Below the pieces are notes generated by a model that was given only the letters and a program-made list of their open reading frames with translations, was not told the DNA's origin and did not search any database. From positions 684,149 through 748,148 of the forward strand of contig CAVVBP010000007.1 of assembly GCA_963746535.1 (NCBI GenBank): 64,000 nt of DNA. Reading direction: 5' to 3'. Of the stretch, positions 51,646 through 59,486 are shown piece after piece. Position 1 is the stretch's first letter, and each line of letters starts with the position of its first letter. The position numbers and the translations under genes are program-made. This DNA is from Vicinamibacterales bacterium (GTDB taxonomy: Bacteria; Acidobacteriota; Vicinamibacteria; Vicinamibacterales; JAMQPK01).

Positions 51646-53280
51646 ATGCTTTCAACCGATTTGACTTGTAGCCTTCCCGAGAGCCTTGGCGCGCGGGTGC
51701 GTGCGCGCATGAATGCGTTCCGCCAGCAGAACGTCGTGCGCCGCATCTGGGATCGCGATTCGTCCGTGTGGTCCAACGCCGATGAAGATCGCTGGCTGGG
51801 ATGGCTGTCCCTGCCGGCCCAGCGGCAGGGCCTCGATCGGCTGGTCACTTTCGCGAACGAGATCAAAGCCGAAGGCATCACCGATGTCGTGCTGCTCGGG
51901 ATGGGCGGTTCGAGCCTCGCGCCGGAGGTGATGGGCTCGATCGTTGGCCGCGCAGAAGATCGTCCGAACCTCCACGTCGTCGATTCCACCGATCCCGGAC
52001 AAATCCTCGCGGTCGACCGCGCGATTGACTGGCCGCACGCGCTGTTTCTGGTTGCCTCGAAATCGGGCACGACCCTCGAGGTGAACATCCTCAAGCAGTA
52101 CTTCTTTCATCGCGCGGTCCAGGAGTTCGGCGAGTCCGAAGCCGGACGCCGCTTCGTGGTGACGACCGACCCGGGTTCGAAGATGGAGCAGATCGCGCGC
52201 CAGGAACAGTTTCGCGAGATTTTCCCCGGCATTCCGAGCGTGGGCGGCCGCTACTCCGCGCTCTCGAACTTCGGTCTCGTTCCGGCGGCGCTCATCGGCA
52301 TCGACACGAGCATGCTTCTCGATCGCGCGCGGGAGATGGCCGTGCGGTGTGCGTCCGACGGCGGAGACAATGCCGGATTCGAGCTGGGCGTCGTGCTGGG
52401 GGAGGCGGCGCTGGCGGGCTGCGACAAGCCGACGCTCGTCGCACCGGCGGGGCTGGCCAGTTTTGGCGTCTGGCTCGAGCAGCTCGTCGCCGAGTCGCTC
52501 GGCAAGCTTGGTAAAGGGATCATTCCGATCGAGGGCGAAGCAACCGGGCGGGCCGACGCGTACGGCCGCGATCGAATGTTTGTCCAGCTGCGCTCGACCT
52601 CCGCACCCGATGCCGCCGCCGACGCATTCGTGGAGAAGCTCGAGCGCGCGGGGCATCCCGTTATCCGCATCGAGTGGCGCGATCGCTATGCTCTGGGAGC
52701 GGAGTTCTTCCGCTGGGAGTTCGCGACCGCCGTGGCGGGCGCCGTGCTGGGCGTCAATCCGTTCGATCAGCCCGACGTCGAGGCCGCGAAGATCGTGACG
52801 AGACGCCTGGCCGCCGAGTTCGAACAATCCGGCATGTTGCCGCAAGAAACGGCCGGCGTGCCGGAGAAGGATGTCGCGTCGCTCCTGGGGCAGCTGAACG
52901 AAGGCGACTACTTCGCCCTGCTTGCCTTCATCGAAATGAACCAGGCCAACCGCAACGCGCTGGACGCCATCCGCGGCATCGTCCGCGATCGGCGGAAGGT
53001 GGCGACGAGCGTGGGCTTCGGACCGAGATACCTTCACTCGACGGGGCAGGCGCACAAAGGCGGGCCGAATTCGGGCGTGTTCCTGATGATCACCTGCGAC
53101 GACCCGGACGACGTGCCCGTGGCCGGGCAGCGCTACAGCTTCGGCACCATCAAGCGGCTGCAGGCACGCGGAGACTTCGAGGTGCTCGCCGCGCGCGGCC
53201 GCCGCGTGCTGCGCGTGCATCTGAAAGACGTCGAATCCGGCCTTCGCGACCTGCACGCCGCCATCCAGAAACACGCCTGA
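51646..53280 (+). CDS. pgi: Glucose-6-phosphate isomerase (the type found in Tal-Pgi fusions, here stand-alone)
   Basis: 544 aa. SIS-fold motifs are present (VVLLGMGGSSLAPEV, LFLVASKSGTTLE). The C-terminal GFGPRYLHSTGQAHKGGPN is also present. Confidence 0.8.
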   Translation: MLSTDLTCSLPESLGARVRARMNAFRQQNVVRRIWDRDSSVWSNADEDRWLGWLSLPAQRQGLDRLVTFANEIKAEGITDVVLLGMGGSSLAPEVMGSIVGRAEDRPNLHVVDSTDPGQILAVDRAIDWPHALFLVASKSGTTLEVNILKQYFFHRAVQEFGESEAGRRFVVTTDPGSKMEQIARQEQFREIFPGIPSVGGRYSALSNFGLVPAALIGIDTSMLLDRAREMAVRCASDGGDNAGFELGVVLGEAALAGCDKPTLVAPAGLASFGVWLEQLVAESLGKLGKGIIPIEGEATGRADAYGRDRMFVQLRSTSAPDAAADAFVEKLERAGHPVIRIEWRDRYALGAEFFRWEFATAVAGAVLGVNPFDQPDVEAAKIVTRRLAAEFEQSGMLPQETAGVPEKDVASLLGQLNEGDYFALLAFIEMNQANRNALDAIRGIVRDRRKVATSVGFGPRYLHSTGQAHKGGPNSGVFLMITCDDPDDVPVAGQRYSFGTIKRLQARGDFEVLAARGRRVLRVHLKDVESGLRDLHAAIQKHA

Positions 53281-53375
53281 CCGGCGTGGATTTGCCGCCG
53301 CGATCGCGGTATACAATGGCAGATATCCGCTCGTCGGAAGCCCAGCGACGGACGTTTCGAAAAAGGAAGGTACTC

Positions 53376-53966
53376 ATGCGCAACTTCGCGAAGGTTCTCG
53401 CAGGCGTTCTCTTGCTCGTCGCTACCGCGTCAGCCGGTCCGGCTCCGGCCGCGCAGGCCTCGGCGCAGCAAGGCCTTCGACAGCCCGATGTCATTTACGT
53501 GCCAACGCGTCAGACCGTGGTCGACGCGATGTTGAAAGTGGCCAATGTCAAGGCCGGCGATCTCCTGTACGACCTTGGCTGCGGCGACGGGCGCATTCCG
53601 GTCACGGCGGCGAAGCTCGGCGCGAAGGCGGTGTGCATCGACATCGACCCCAAACGCATTGCCGAAGCCAACGAGAACGTGAAGAAGAACGCGGTCGGCG
53701 ATCGCGTGCAGGTGCTCAACCAGGATCTCTTCACGACCGACATCAGCCAGGCATCCGTCGTCACGCTGTATCTCTTGCCGTCGTTGAATCTCAAGCTGCG
53801 TCCGACGTTGTGGAAGACACTCAAGCCCGGCACGCGCATCGTGTCGCACGATTTCGACATGGGTGACTGGAAGCCCGAGCAGACGCTGAACGTCGACGGC
53901 GCGACGGTGTACTGCTGGACGATTACGCCGGATCTCGCCAAGCGCGCGTCCGAACCGGTGAAATGA
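53376..53966 (+). CDS. Class I SAM-dependent methyltransferase with an N-terminal signal peptide
   Basis: In-frame ATG 53376 in track ORF 52674..53966, with AAAAGGAAGG upstream. The N-terminus is MRNFAKVLAGVLLLVATASAGPAPAAQA. Then comes LLYDLGCGDGRIPVTAAKLGAKAVCIDIDP... Confidence 0.75.
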   Translation: MRNFAKVLAGVLLLVATASAGPAPAAQASAQQGLRQPDVIYVPTRQTVVDAMLKVANVKAGDLLYDLGCGDGRIPVTAAKLGAKAVCIDIDPKRIAEANENVKKNAVGDRVQVLNQDLFTTDISQASVVTLYLLPSLNLKLRPTLWKTLKPGTRIVSHDFDMGDWKPEQTLNVDGATVYCWTITPDLAKRASEPVK

Positions 53967-54093
53967 GTCGAAAGGCGAAGGTCGGAAGTCGTCAGGCGCA
54001 AGTCCAGTCGCGAGTCGGAGGTCGGCCGATCACGGTCGTCGGCCGATCACGGTCGTCGACCGATCACGGTAGTAGTCGACCGCTCACGGTAGC

Positions 54094-54171
54094 GCAGGGC
54101 TTCAGCCCTGCTATCACGGTGGCGCAAGGCTTCAGCCTTGCCATTGCGGTAGGGCGCGGCTTCAGCCGCGC
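54094..54171. repeat. Three tandem REP-like hairpins at 30-nt spacing with compensatory stem differences
   Basis: 54094..54111 reads gcagggcttcagccctgc, 54124..54141 reads gcaaggcttcagccttgc and 54154..54171 reads gcgcggcttcagccgcgc. Every stem change is matched on the other arm. They are preceded by a (GGTCG/GATCACGGT) repeat tract from about 53988. Confidence 0.9.
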
Positions 54172-54239
54172 CATAGCTCGAGTCTATAAACTGGAATCTG
54201 GAATCTACGCTGGGGATTTCAGATTCTAGTTTCTAGATT

Positions 54240-55208
54240 TTAGTTTTTAGTTTCTACTCTCCCTGTCCTCGCGAGCATTACCAACCCTATCGCCGCCCAG
54301 AACAGATTTCTCGCCGTCCGCACCGTCGCAATGGTCACGCCCGTGGCCGAACCGATGCCGAGAATTTCGGCGACCGATCCGGATCCCATCTGATCGACGC
54401 CCAGCCGCAGCGGCACGAACTTGAACGCGATCGTGATCAGCCGTTCGACCGTGCCCAGAACGATCGCGACCAGCGCCGTACGATGGCTGTGGCCGACGAG
54501 CAGCAGCAGAAGCACGTAGATTTCCACGATCGCCGCGACATGAAAGGACAATTCAAACAGCAGGATGCGCCCAACCTGTCCGTTGCCGGACGACGCGAAG
54601 CGGAAGACGCGATCTTCGGCGTCGCGAACGGCATCGTGCCTGAGAAACCGGCTCAACACGCGCGGCTGGGTTCGGAGCAGCCACCACACCGACACGCTCG
54701 CCACGATCGCGACGGCGCCGAGCGAGAGCGTGATGGTGAGAGCCGCGTTGGTGGGCCGATAGCCGAGCAGGAAGGCGAGCGTCCCGACGATGACCACGAT
54801 CGCCACGCTGATGCTGTAGAAGATGTTTTCGAGGACGACCGACGACACCGCGGCCGGCGTCGAGATGGTGCGCCGGCTGAGCAGCGCTTTCGTGCCCTCG
54901 CTGGCCAGCGGGCCGAGCGGCAGCACGTTGCCGACGGCGTCGCCGGTGACGAAGGCTCTGAACGCTTCGCCAAACGTGAAACGCTCCTGCGCGTCCACGC
55001 ACAACGACCAGGCCTTGGCGCGGACCGCCATCCGGAAGGCCGATAACGCGAGCACGGCGAGGAAGCCGTAGCCGATCCGGCCAAGCTGTGCGAAGATTTC
55101 CCGCGGGCCGGCGGCCTGAAGGGTGTAGATGAAGAGAACGACGCCCGCGACGGTGCCGATGACGGCGATGGGTTGGATGCGGGCGCGTGCGCGCGCGGAG
55201 TCCGGCAT
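54240..55208 (-). CDS. Lysylphosphatidylglycerol-synthase-TM-region / flippase-like membrane protein (UPF0104-like)
   Basis: 322 aa with about 8 helices. FVTGDAVGNVLPLGPLASEGTKALLL-type motif (here FVTGDAVGNVLPLGPLASEGTKALLS). The last codons (VETKN) translate the TAGTTTCTA repeat tract. Confidence 0.7.
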   Translation of the reverse strand: MPDSARARARIQPIAVIGTVAGVVLFIYTLQAAGPREIFAQLGRIGYGFLAVLALSAFRMAVRAKAWSLCVDAQERFTFGEAFRAFVTGDAVGNVLPLGPLASEGTKALLSRRTISTPAAVSSVVLENIFYSISVAIVVIVGTLAFLLGYRPTNAALTITLSLGAVAIVASVSVWWLLRTQPRVLSRFLRHDAVRDAEDRVFRFASSGNGQVGRILLFELSFHVAAIVEIYVLLLLLVGHSHRTALVAIVLGTVERLITIAFKFVPLRLGVDQMGSGSVAEILGIGSATGVTIATVRTARNLFWAAIGLVMLARTGRVETKN

Positions 55209-55309
55209 GGACAGGGAACGGAGTCTATCAAAAGGCGCGGAACGGCTCCTTGTGCCTAAGTGAACAGCCAGCCACCGCCCGGGTAGACGACGATAACAAC
55301 GAGGTCTTC

Positions 55310-55882
55310 ATGAAACGATTCGTTCTCATCTGCGTCTTTGTCCTATTGGCCGCGCACGACGCGGCGGCACAGGCATTCGTCGTCCCGTTTATCGGCACCA
55401 CGCTCACCTCACCCAGTAAGAACGGCGACAGCACCAAGCCCGGATATGGCGTCGCGTTCGGCGGCATGGGCAAAATCATCGGGGCCGAGACCGAGATTGC
55501 CTACTATCCGGAAGTCATCGACACTGCGCCCAACGCGATCGCCAAGAGCCGGGTGATCTCATTTTCGGGCGGGATGCTCATCGGTCCGAGGCTGGGCCCC
55601 GTCACACCGTACTTCGCCATCGGCGCGGGCAATCTGAATCTCAATGTGACGGGCGTGTCGAGTGTGATCGTGCCGAATCCGGAGAGCATTTCGAACAACT
55701 ACTTCACGTTCAACACGGGCGGTGGTGTCATGGGATTCTTTTCCGACCACATTGGCGTGCGTGGCGATCTCCGCTACTTCCGCGCCTTCGGGCTCAAGTT
55801 CGACGAGCTGGCAAATACCGGCATCGGGTTCGACAAGTTCAATTTCTGGCGCGCCAGCATCGGATTGGCGGTGAAATTCTAA
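55310..55882 (+). CDS. Small outer-membrane beta-barrel protein (OmpW/Opa-like porin family)
   Basis: In-frame ATG 55310 in track ORF 55187..55882. It has a signal peptide (MKRFVLICVFVLLAAHDAAAQA). Alternating beta-strand patterns are present, with a C-terminal ...ASIGLAVKF ending in Phe. Confidence 0.75.
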   Translation: MKRFVLICVFVLLAAHDAAAQAFVVPFIGTTLTSPSKNGDSTKPGYGVAFGGMGKIIGAETEIAYYPEVIDTAPNAIAKSRVISFSGGMLIGPRLGPVTPYFAIGAGNLNLNVTGVSSVIVPNPESISNNYFTFNTGGGVMGFFSDHIGVRGDLRYFRAFGLKFDELANTGIGFDKFNFWRASIGLAVKF

Positions 55883-55891
55883 AAAACACTT

Positions 55892-56020
55892 GAGTTCGTG
55901 AGGTTCGTGAAGTTCGTGAGTTCGTCGGGTTCGTCGGGTTCGTGCGGTTCGTGCGGTTCGTAGGTTCGTCAGGTTCGTGCGGTTCGGACGTCGCGTGTTC
56001 GTAAGGTTCGGCGGGTCGCG
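55892..56020. repeat. Tandem (N)GGTTCGTG short-period repeat tract, about 14 units
   Basis: gagttcgtgaggttcgtgaagttcgtgagttcgtcgggttcgtcgggttcgtgcggttcgtgcggttcgtaggttcgtcaggttcgtgcggttcgg... The complement (CACGAACC)n occurs in frame inside dnaE2 at 34010..34064. Confidence 0.9.
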
Positions 56021-56069
56021 CAGGGCTTGAGTTATCGGTAGCGCCGCTATATCGGTAGCGCAGGGCTTT

Positions 56070-56087
56070 AGCCCTGCCCTCACGAAT
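56070..56087. repeat. REP-like hairpin (GCAGGGC-TTTA-GCCCTGC)
   Basis: Perfect stem preceded by ATCGGTAGC. A degenerate half-copy lies about 35 nt upstream. Confidence 0.85.
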
Positions 56088-56149
56088 GCCATTTTGTGAT
56101 AAAGTCAGAAGGTTCGGTCGGTCCTCGAAGGCCAGTCCTCACACATTGA

Positions 56150-56226
<77 letters not shown>

Positions 56227-56356
56227 TTCCTCACTTCGCTCTCAGTCGAAAGTCGATGGTCAGCAGTCGAAAGTCGATAGTCGCGTGACCTCTACCTCCT
56301 TCGACCCTGTCCTCGTATGCTTGCGTGAATATCCCAGAACTGGGATAATCGTGTAG

Positions 56357-56740
56357 GTGCGACGTGTCCTGGCCGCCGACGAGAAACCGCTGCATTGGGT
56401 CGGGTCCTCCAAGCGCGATTTCTTGAGCTTTCCCGCGGCGGTCAAGGAGGACATGGGCAACGCCCTCGGCATCGCGCAGTTTGGCGGAACGGCGCCAACA
56501 GCAAAGCCGTGGAAGGGGCTCGGTCCTGGCGTGCTGGAGATCGTCGAATCGCACGATGGCAACGCGTATCGGGCCGTGTACACGGTCCGGTTCGAGAAGG
56601 CGGTGTACGTCCTCCATGCGTTCCAGAAGAAGTCGCCGTCCGGCATCCGGACCGCCAAGCGAGATGTCGATCTCATTGCCGAACGCTTAAGAACTGCCGA
56701 GAGGGATCACGAGGAGCACTATGGCAAACCGAAACGCTGA
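56357..56740 (+). CDS. Type II toxin, RelE/ParE superfamily (HigB/Gp49-like)
   Basis: 127 aa with a GTG start. It contains KPLHWVGSSKRDFLSFPAAVKEDMGNALGIAQFGG...KPWKGLGPGVLEIVESHDGNAYRAVYTVRFEKAVYVLHAFQKKSPSGIRT. A GATAAT lies about 10 nt upstream. Confidence 0.8.
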   Translation: MRRVLAADEKPLHWVGSSKRDFLSFPAAVKEDMGNALGIAQFGGTAPTAKPWKGLGPGVLEIVESHDGNAYRAVYTVRFEKAVYVLHAFQKKSPSGIRTAKRDVDLIAERLRTAERDHEEHYGKPKR

Positions 56741-57065
56741 ACGAAGAGAGCCGATCACTCGAGGCACTGGAAACGTGTTCGCGGATCTCGGTTTTCCCGA
56801 CGCCGCCGAGCGCCAAGCCAAACTGCGGCTGGCGTATGCCCTGAATCAGGTGCTTGAAGCGCGGAAGCTATCCCAGGCCGGCGCCGCCAAGGTGCTGGGA
56901 GTGACACAGCCAAAGGTATCTGCGCTTCGCCACTACAAGCTGGCGGGCTTCTCTGTCGAACGCTTGATGAACCTGTTGACGGCACTCGACCAGGACGTCG
57001 AGATTCTGATTCGGCCAAAGCCCCGCTCGCGTAGGGCTGGCCGGATCAGCGTCGTCGCGGCGTGA
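56721..57065 (+). CDS. XRE-family HTH antitoxin (HigA-like)
   Basis: 114 aa. It overlaps the toxin by 20 nt. It contains GNVFADLGFPDAAERQAKLRLAYALNQVLEARKLSQAGAAKVLGVTQPKVSALRHYKLAGFSVERLMNLLTAL. Confidence 0.8.
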   Translation: MANRNAERREPITRGTGNVFADLGFPDAAERQAKLRLAYALNQVLEARKLSQAGAAKVLGVTQPKVSALRHYKLAGFSVERLMNLLTALDQDVEILIRPKPRSRRAGRISVVAA

Positions 57066-57199
57066 GGCAGTCGATACAACTGCGCTGCCGACGGCTCCGC
57101 CTTCGAGAACGGGAACAGAGCTTCTTCGTCGAGGTGTCGACCTCGAACACTTTCTTCCGATTGTTGTGCCTGACAGAACGGATTTTCACAGCAGCCAGG

Positions 57200-57406
57200 C
57201 TAGGCCGATGTCACCGTCACCTCGGACTCGGCGGCCTCCGGTGCCGCGCGATGATCCTCCATGTTCAGGATCGACGGAAAAAAGAACGCGAGGATGCCCA
57301 TTCCCATACACACGCCGCCGCCGACGATGTACCAGATCTGCACGCCCAGACGATCGGCCACCGGACCGGCCACGGCCAGGCCCAACGGCGAGGGCCAAGC
57401 CGCCGC
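57200..57406 (-). pseudogene. C-terminal remnant of an MFS transporter
   Basis: The tail of track ORF 57200..57532 reads AAAAWPSPLGLAVAGPVADRLGVQIWYIVGGGVCMGMGILAFFFPSILNMED. These look like the last two helices of an MFS protein. No upstream body exists. Confidence 0.4.
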
Positions 57407-57546
57407 GGCGACCGCGCGAGAGCAAGTCGGTCTCGACCTTAGACACGCATTCAGCCTGGACGGGACCAGAGCCTTCACAACTCGTGCACGGGGGTGGGTG
57501 GGTGTTGCCGACGATCGACTTCGGGTGTGCACATAATGTGCGCAGC

Positions 57547-58314
57547 ATGACGGCCAAACGGTCTAGAAAGCGCGTCGCATCGGTGCGTGAGTACGTCGCG
57601 TCGAAGCCGAAAGAGTCTCGAGCCAGCCTCGAAGCGGTGCGCCGGGCGATTCTCAAGGCGCTCCCGAATGCGCAAGAAGGGCTGGCCTACCAGATGCCGG
57701 CCTACACGCTGAACGGCGTCGGCGTGCTGTATTTCGCCGGGTGGAAGTCACATTACTCGCTCTATCCCGCTAGCGATGCGTTGGTCGAGGCGTTCGCCAA
57801 GGAGCTGGCGCCATACGAACGCAGCAAGGGGACGCTCAAGTTCCCATTGTCCGAGCCTGTGCCCGTCCGCCTGATTGAGCGGATCGCGAAGTTCCGGGCC
57901 CGGCAACTCACGACGCGCGACGCGGCTACGGGCCGGCGCAAAGGCGGACGGGAAGGACAGGTCGATCGGATCCGCCGCATCTGCGCCGGGCTTCCCAGCG
58001 CGTTCGAGAAGATGTCGCACGGCACGCCCTGCTTCTTCGTCGAGCAGGGCAAGGGCTGCTTCGCGATGTTTTCCGAGCACCACCGCGACGATGGCCGGCT
58101 GTCGCTTTGGGTGCCGGTGGCGGACGGCCTGCAGCCGCTGATGATCGAAGAATCGCCCGACGTCTACTTTTACCCGCGGTATGTCGGCGCCGGCGGGTGG
58201 GTCGGCATCCTGCTCGATCAGATCGCGGATGACGCGCTCGAGAGCCACCTGCGCGAGGCGCGGCGGATCATCGCGTCCAAGCGGAAGCCCGCGCGCAAGC
58301 CGCGCGGCATGTAG
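57547..58314 (+). CDS. DUF1801 (YdhG-like) domain fused to MmcQ/YjbR-like domain protein
   Basis: In-frame ATG 57547 in track ORF 57166..58314. The N-terminal half (VREYVASKPKESRASLEAVRRAILKALPNAQEGLAYQMPAYTLNG...YFAGWKSHYSLYP) is YdhG-like. The C-terminal half (LPSAFEKMSHGTPCFFVEQGKGCFAMF...) is YjbR-like. Confidence 0.7.
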   Translation: MTAKRSRKRVASVREYVASKPKESRASLEAVRRAILKALPNAQEGLAYQMPAYTLNGVGVLYFAGWKSHYSLYPASDALVEAFAKELAPYERSKGTLKFPLSEPVPVRLIERIAKFRARQLTTRDAATGRRKGGREGQVDRIRRICAGLPSAFEKMSHGTPCFFVEQGKGCFAMFSEHHRDDGRLSLWVPVADGLQPLMIEESPDVYFYPRYVGAGGWVGILLDQIADDALESHLREARRIIASKRKPARKPRGM

Positions 58315-58380
58315 GGTCCGCACGGCGGACCGAGCCCACGAGCCGCGACGTGCAATTCCGGGCGGATTGGCCGGCAGTCG

Positions 58381-58767
58381 TCACGGAATTGGGCTAGCCG
58401 GCATAACATCCCCGAGGTCTGCCGTTCGCGCTATGCAGGTGTCGGGCGCCTCCTTTCGAAATGCGGAGGGACTACGCCACTGGATGCTGCGACGGACCCT
58501 CTCCAGATGCGCTTTGCGCCTCTCTTCAAGAGCCTGCAACTGCTCCTGAAGAAACAACGCTGACAACCATGGCAGCAAAGCGTATCGCTCAGGCTTACCA
58601 TTCAGGCGTACGCGATGGCTGCGTCGCGGGAGCTCAGGGGGATCGGATTGCGCAAGTAATTCTGCGATTGCCAGACGGCGTTCAAAATCGCTCCGCAAGA
58701 TGTCTGTCCTCCGCTGATTCAGCAGAGCAATCCAGTCGCCAGCGCGGAGTCGAGTCGGTTCAAGCAC
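58381..58767 (-). CDS. Hypothetical protein (128 aa), lower-GC region
   Basis: Track ORF with a GTG start. I recognise no family. The competing plus-strand ORF 58461..59180 looks less protein-like. Coding status is uncertain. Confidence 0.35.
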   Translation of the reverse strand: MLEPTRLRAGDWIALLNQRRTDILRSDFERRLAIAELLAQSDPPELPRRSHRVRLNGKPERYALLPWLSALFLQEQLQALEERRKAHLERVRRSIQWRSPSAFRKEAPDTCIARTADLGDVMPASPIP

Positions 58768-58924
58768 TTACATATTTGGGCGACTTCCGAATTGCGCCGA
58801 ATCGAAGCAGGGAGTCTTATTCCGACACAACGACGCCGTTACAAATGAGTTCGCCGGCGCAGCCACTCCGGGATGTGGACCTGTCGAGAATACATCGCGT
58901 TCCAATCGCAGCACTGGATCCTAT

Positions 58925-59125
58925 TCAGGCGCGACGGCGCCGACTCGGGCGTGAGGACTTCGACTTCGACGCTTTGATCGGCATCTGGCGAGGGCTCGTG
59001 ACGGTCCAGCGATGCGCGCACTGGCGACAGGCCCAAACCGACACGAGGACGCCGCGATCGCGGCGGATTTCGTCGAGGCTGATCCAGACGCTTGAGGCGG
59101 CGCACTCAGGGCACGGAGATTTCAT
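58925..59125 (-). CDS. Small zinc-ribbon protein (66 aa)
   Basis: MKSPCPECAASSVWISLDEIRRDRGVLVSVWACRQCAHRWTVTSP... has two CxxC pairs and GC-rich third positions. It ends in a Lys/Arg/Ser-rich tail. Confidence 0.45.
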   Translation of the reverse strand: MKSPCPECAASSVWISLDEIRRDRGVLVSVWACRQCAHRWTVTSPRQMPIKASKSKSSRPSRRRRA

Positions 59126-59293
59126 CGCGAACGTCGGAGTATACCGGTACGGCGCGCTATTGCGGTACGGGGCGATTTGAAATGGCGCTACCCGTGTGGC
59201 GGGGTTTATTAATCAGAAACAATTTGTACCTATGGTTGCGAAATCGCACCGAAGTTGACGGGAGACTCAGTTCGCCAACAGTCTCGAATCGCT

Positions 59294-59328
59294 AGTCGAG
59301 AGTCGAGAGTCGAGAGTCGAGAGTCGCC
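59294..59328. repeat. Heptamer microsatellite (AGTCGAG)x4 plus one variant unit
   Basis: agtcgag agtcgag agtcgag agtcgag agtcgcc. It lies about 160 nt upstream of the TonB-dependent receptor start. Confidence 0.9.
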
Positions 59329-59486
59329 AGGCGGTCGAGCCCCGCGCAGCCATAACAGAACGAGCGGCCCCCCGTCCAGGCACTCGTGGCCGCACCTCGT
59401 CCAACGTGTTAAGCTCTCCGACCTTCCGCGTCCCAATTGGGTTCCGACTAGACCGGCGTTCACGCACGACTGATCAGGAGGACGTC

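Noticed and set aside
54086-54171. Possible CRISPR array (three evenly spaced palindromic repeats)
   Set aside because: The period is only 30 nt with about 12-nt conserved linkers rather than unique spacers. The repeats differ in their stems, and there are no cas genes. It is a tandem REP cluster.
58461-59180. 239-aa plus-strand ORF in the tRNA-adjacent islet
   Set aside because: It spans two better-looking minus-strand ORFs. Its Ser/Arg/Ala-rich sequence has no domain signature and it contains the zinc-ribbon gene in antisense.
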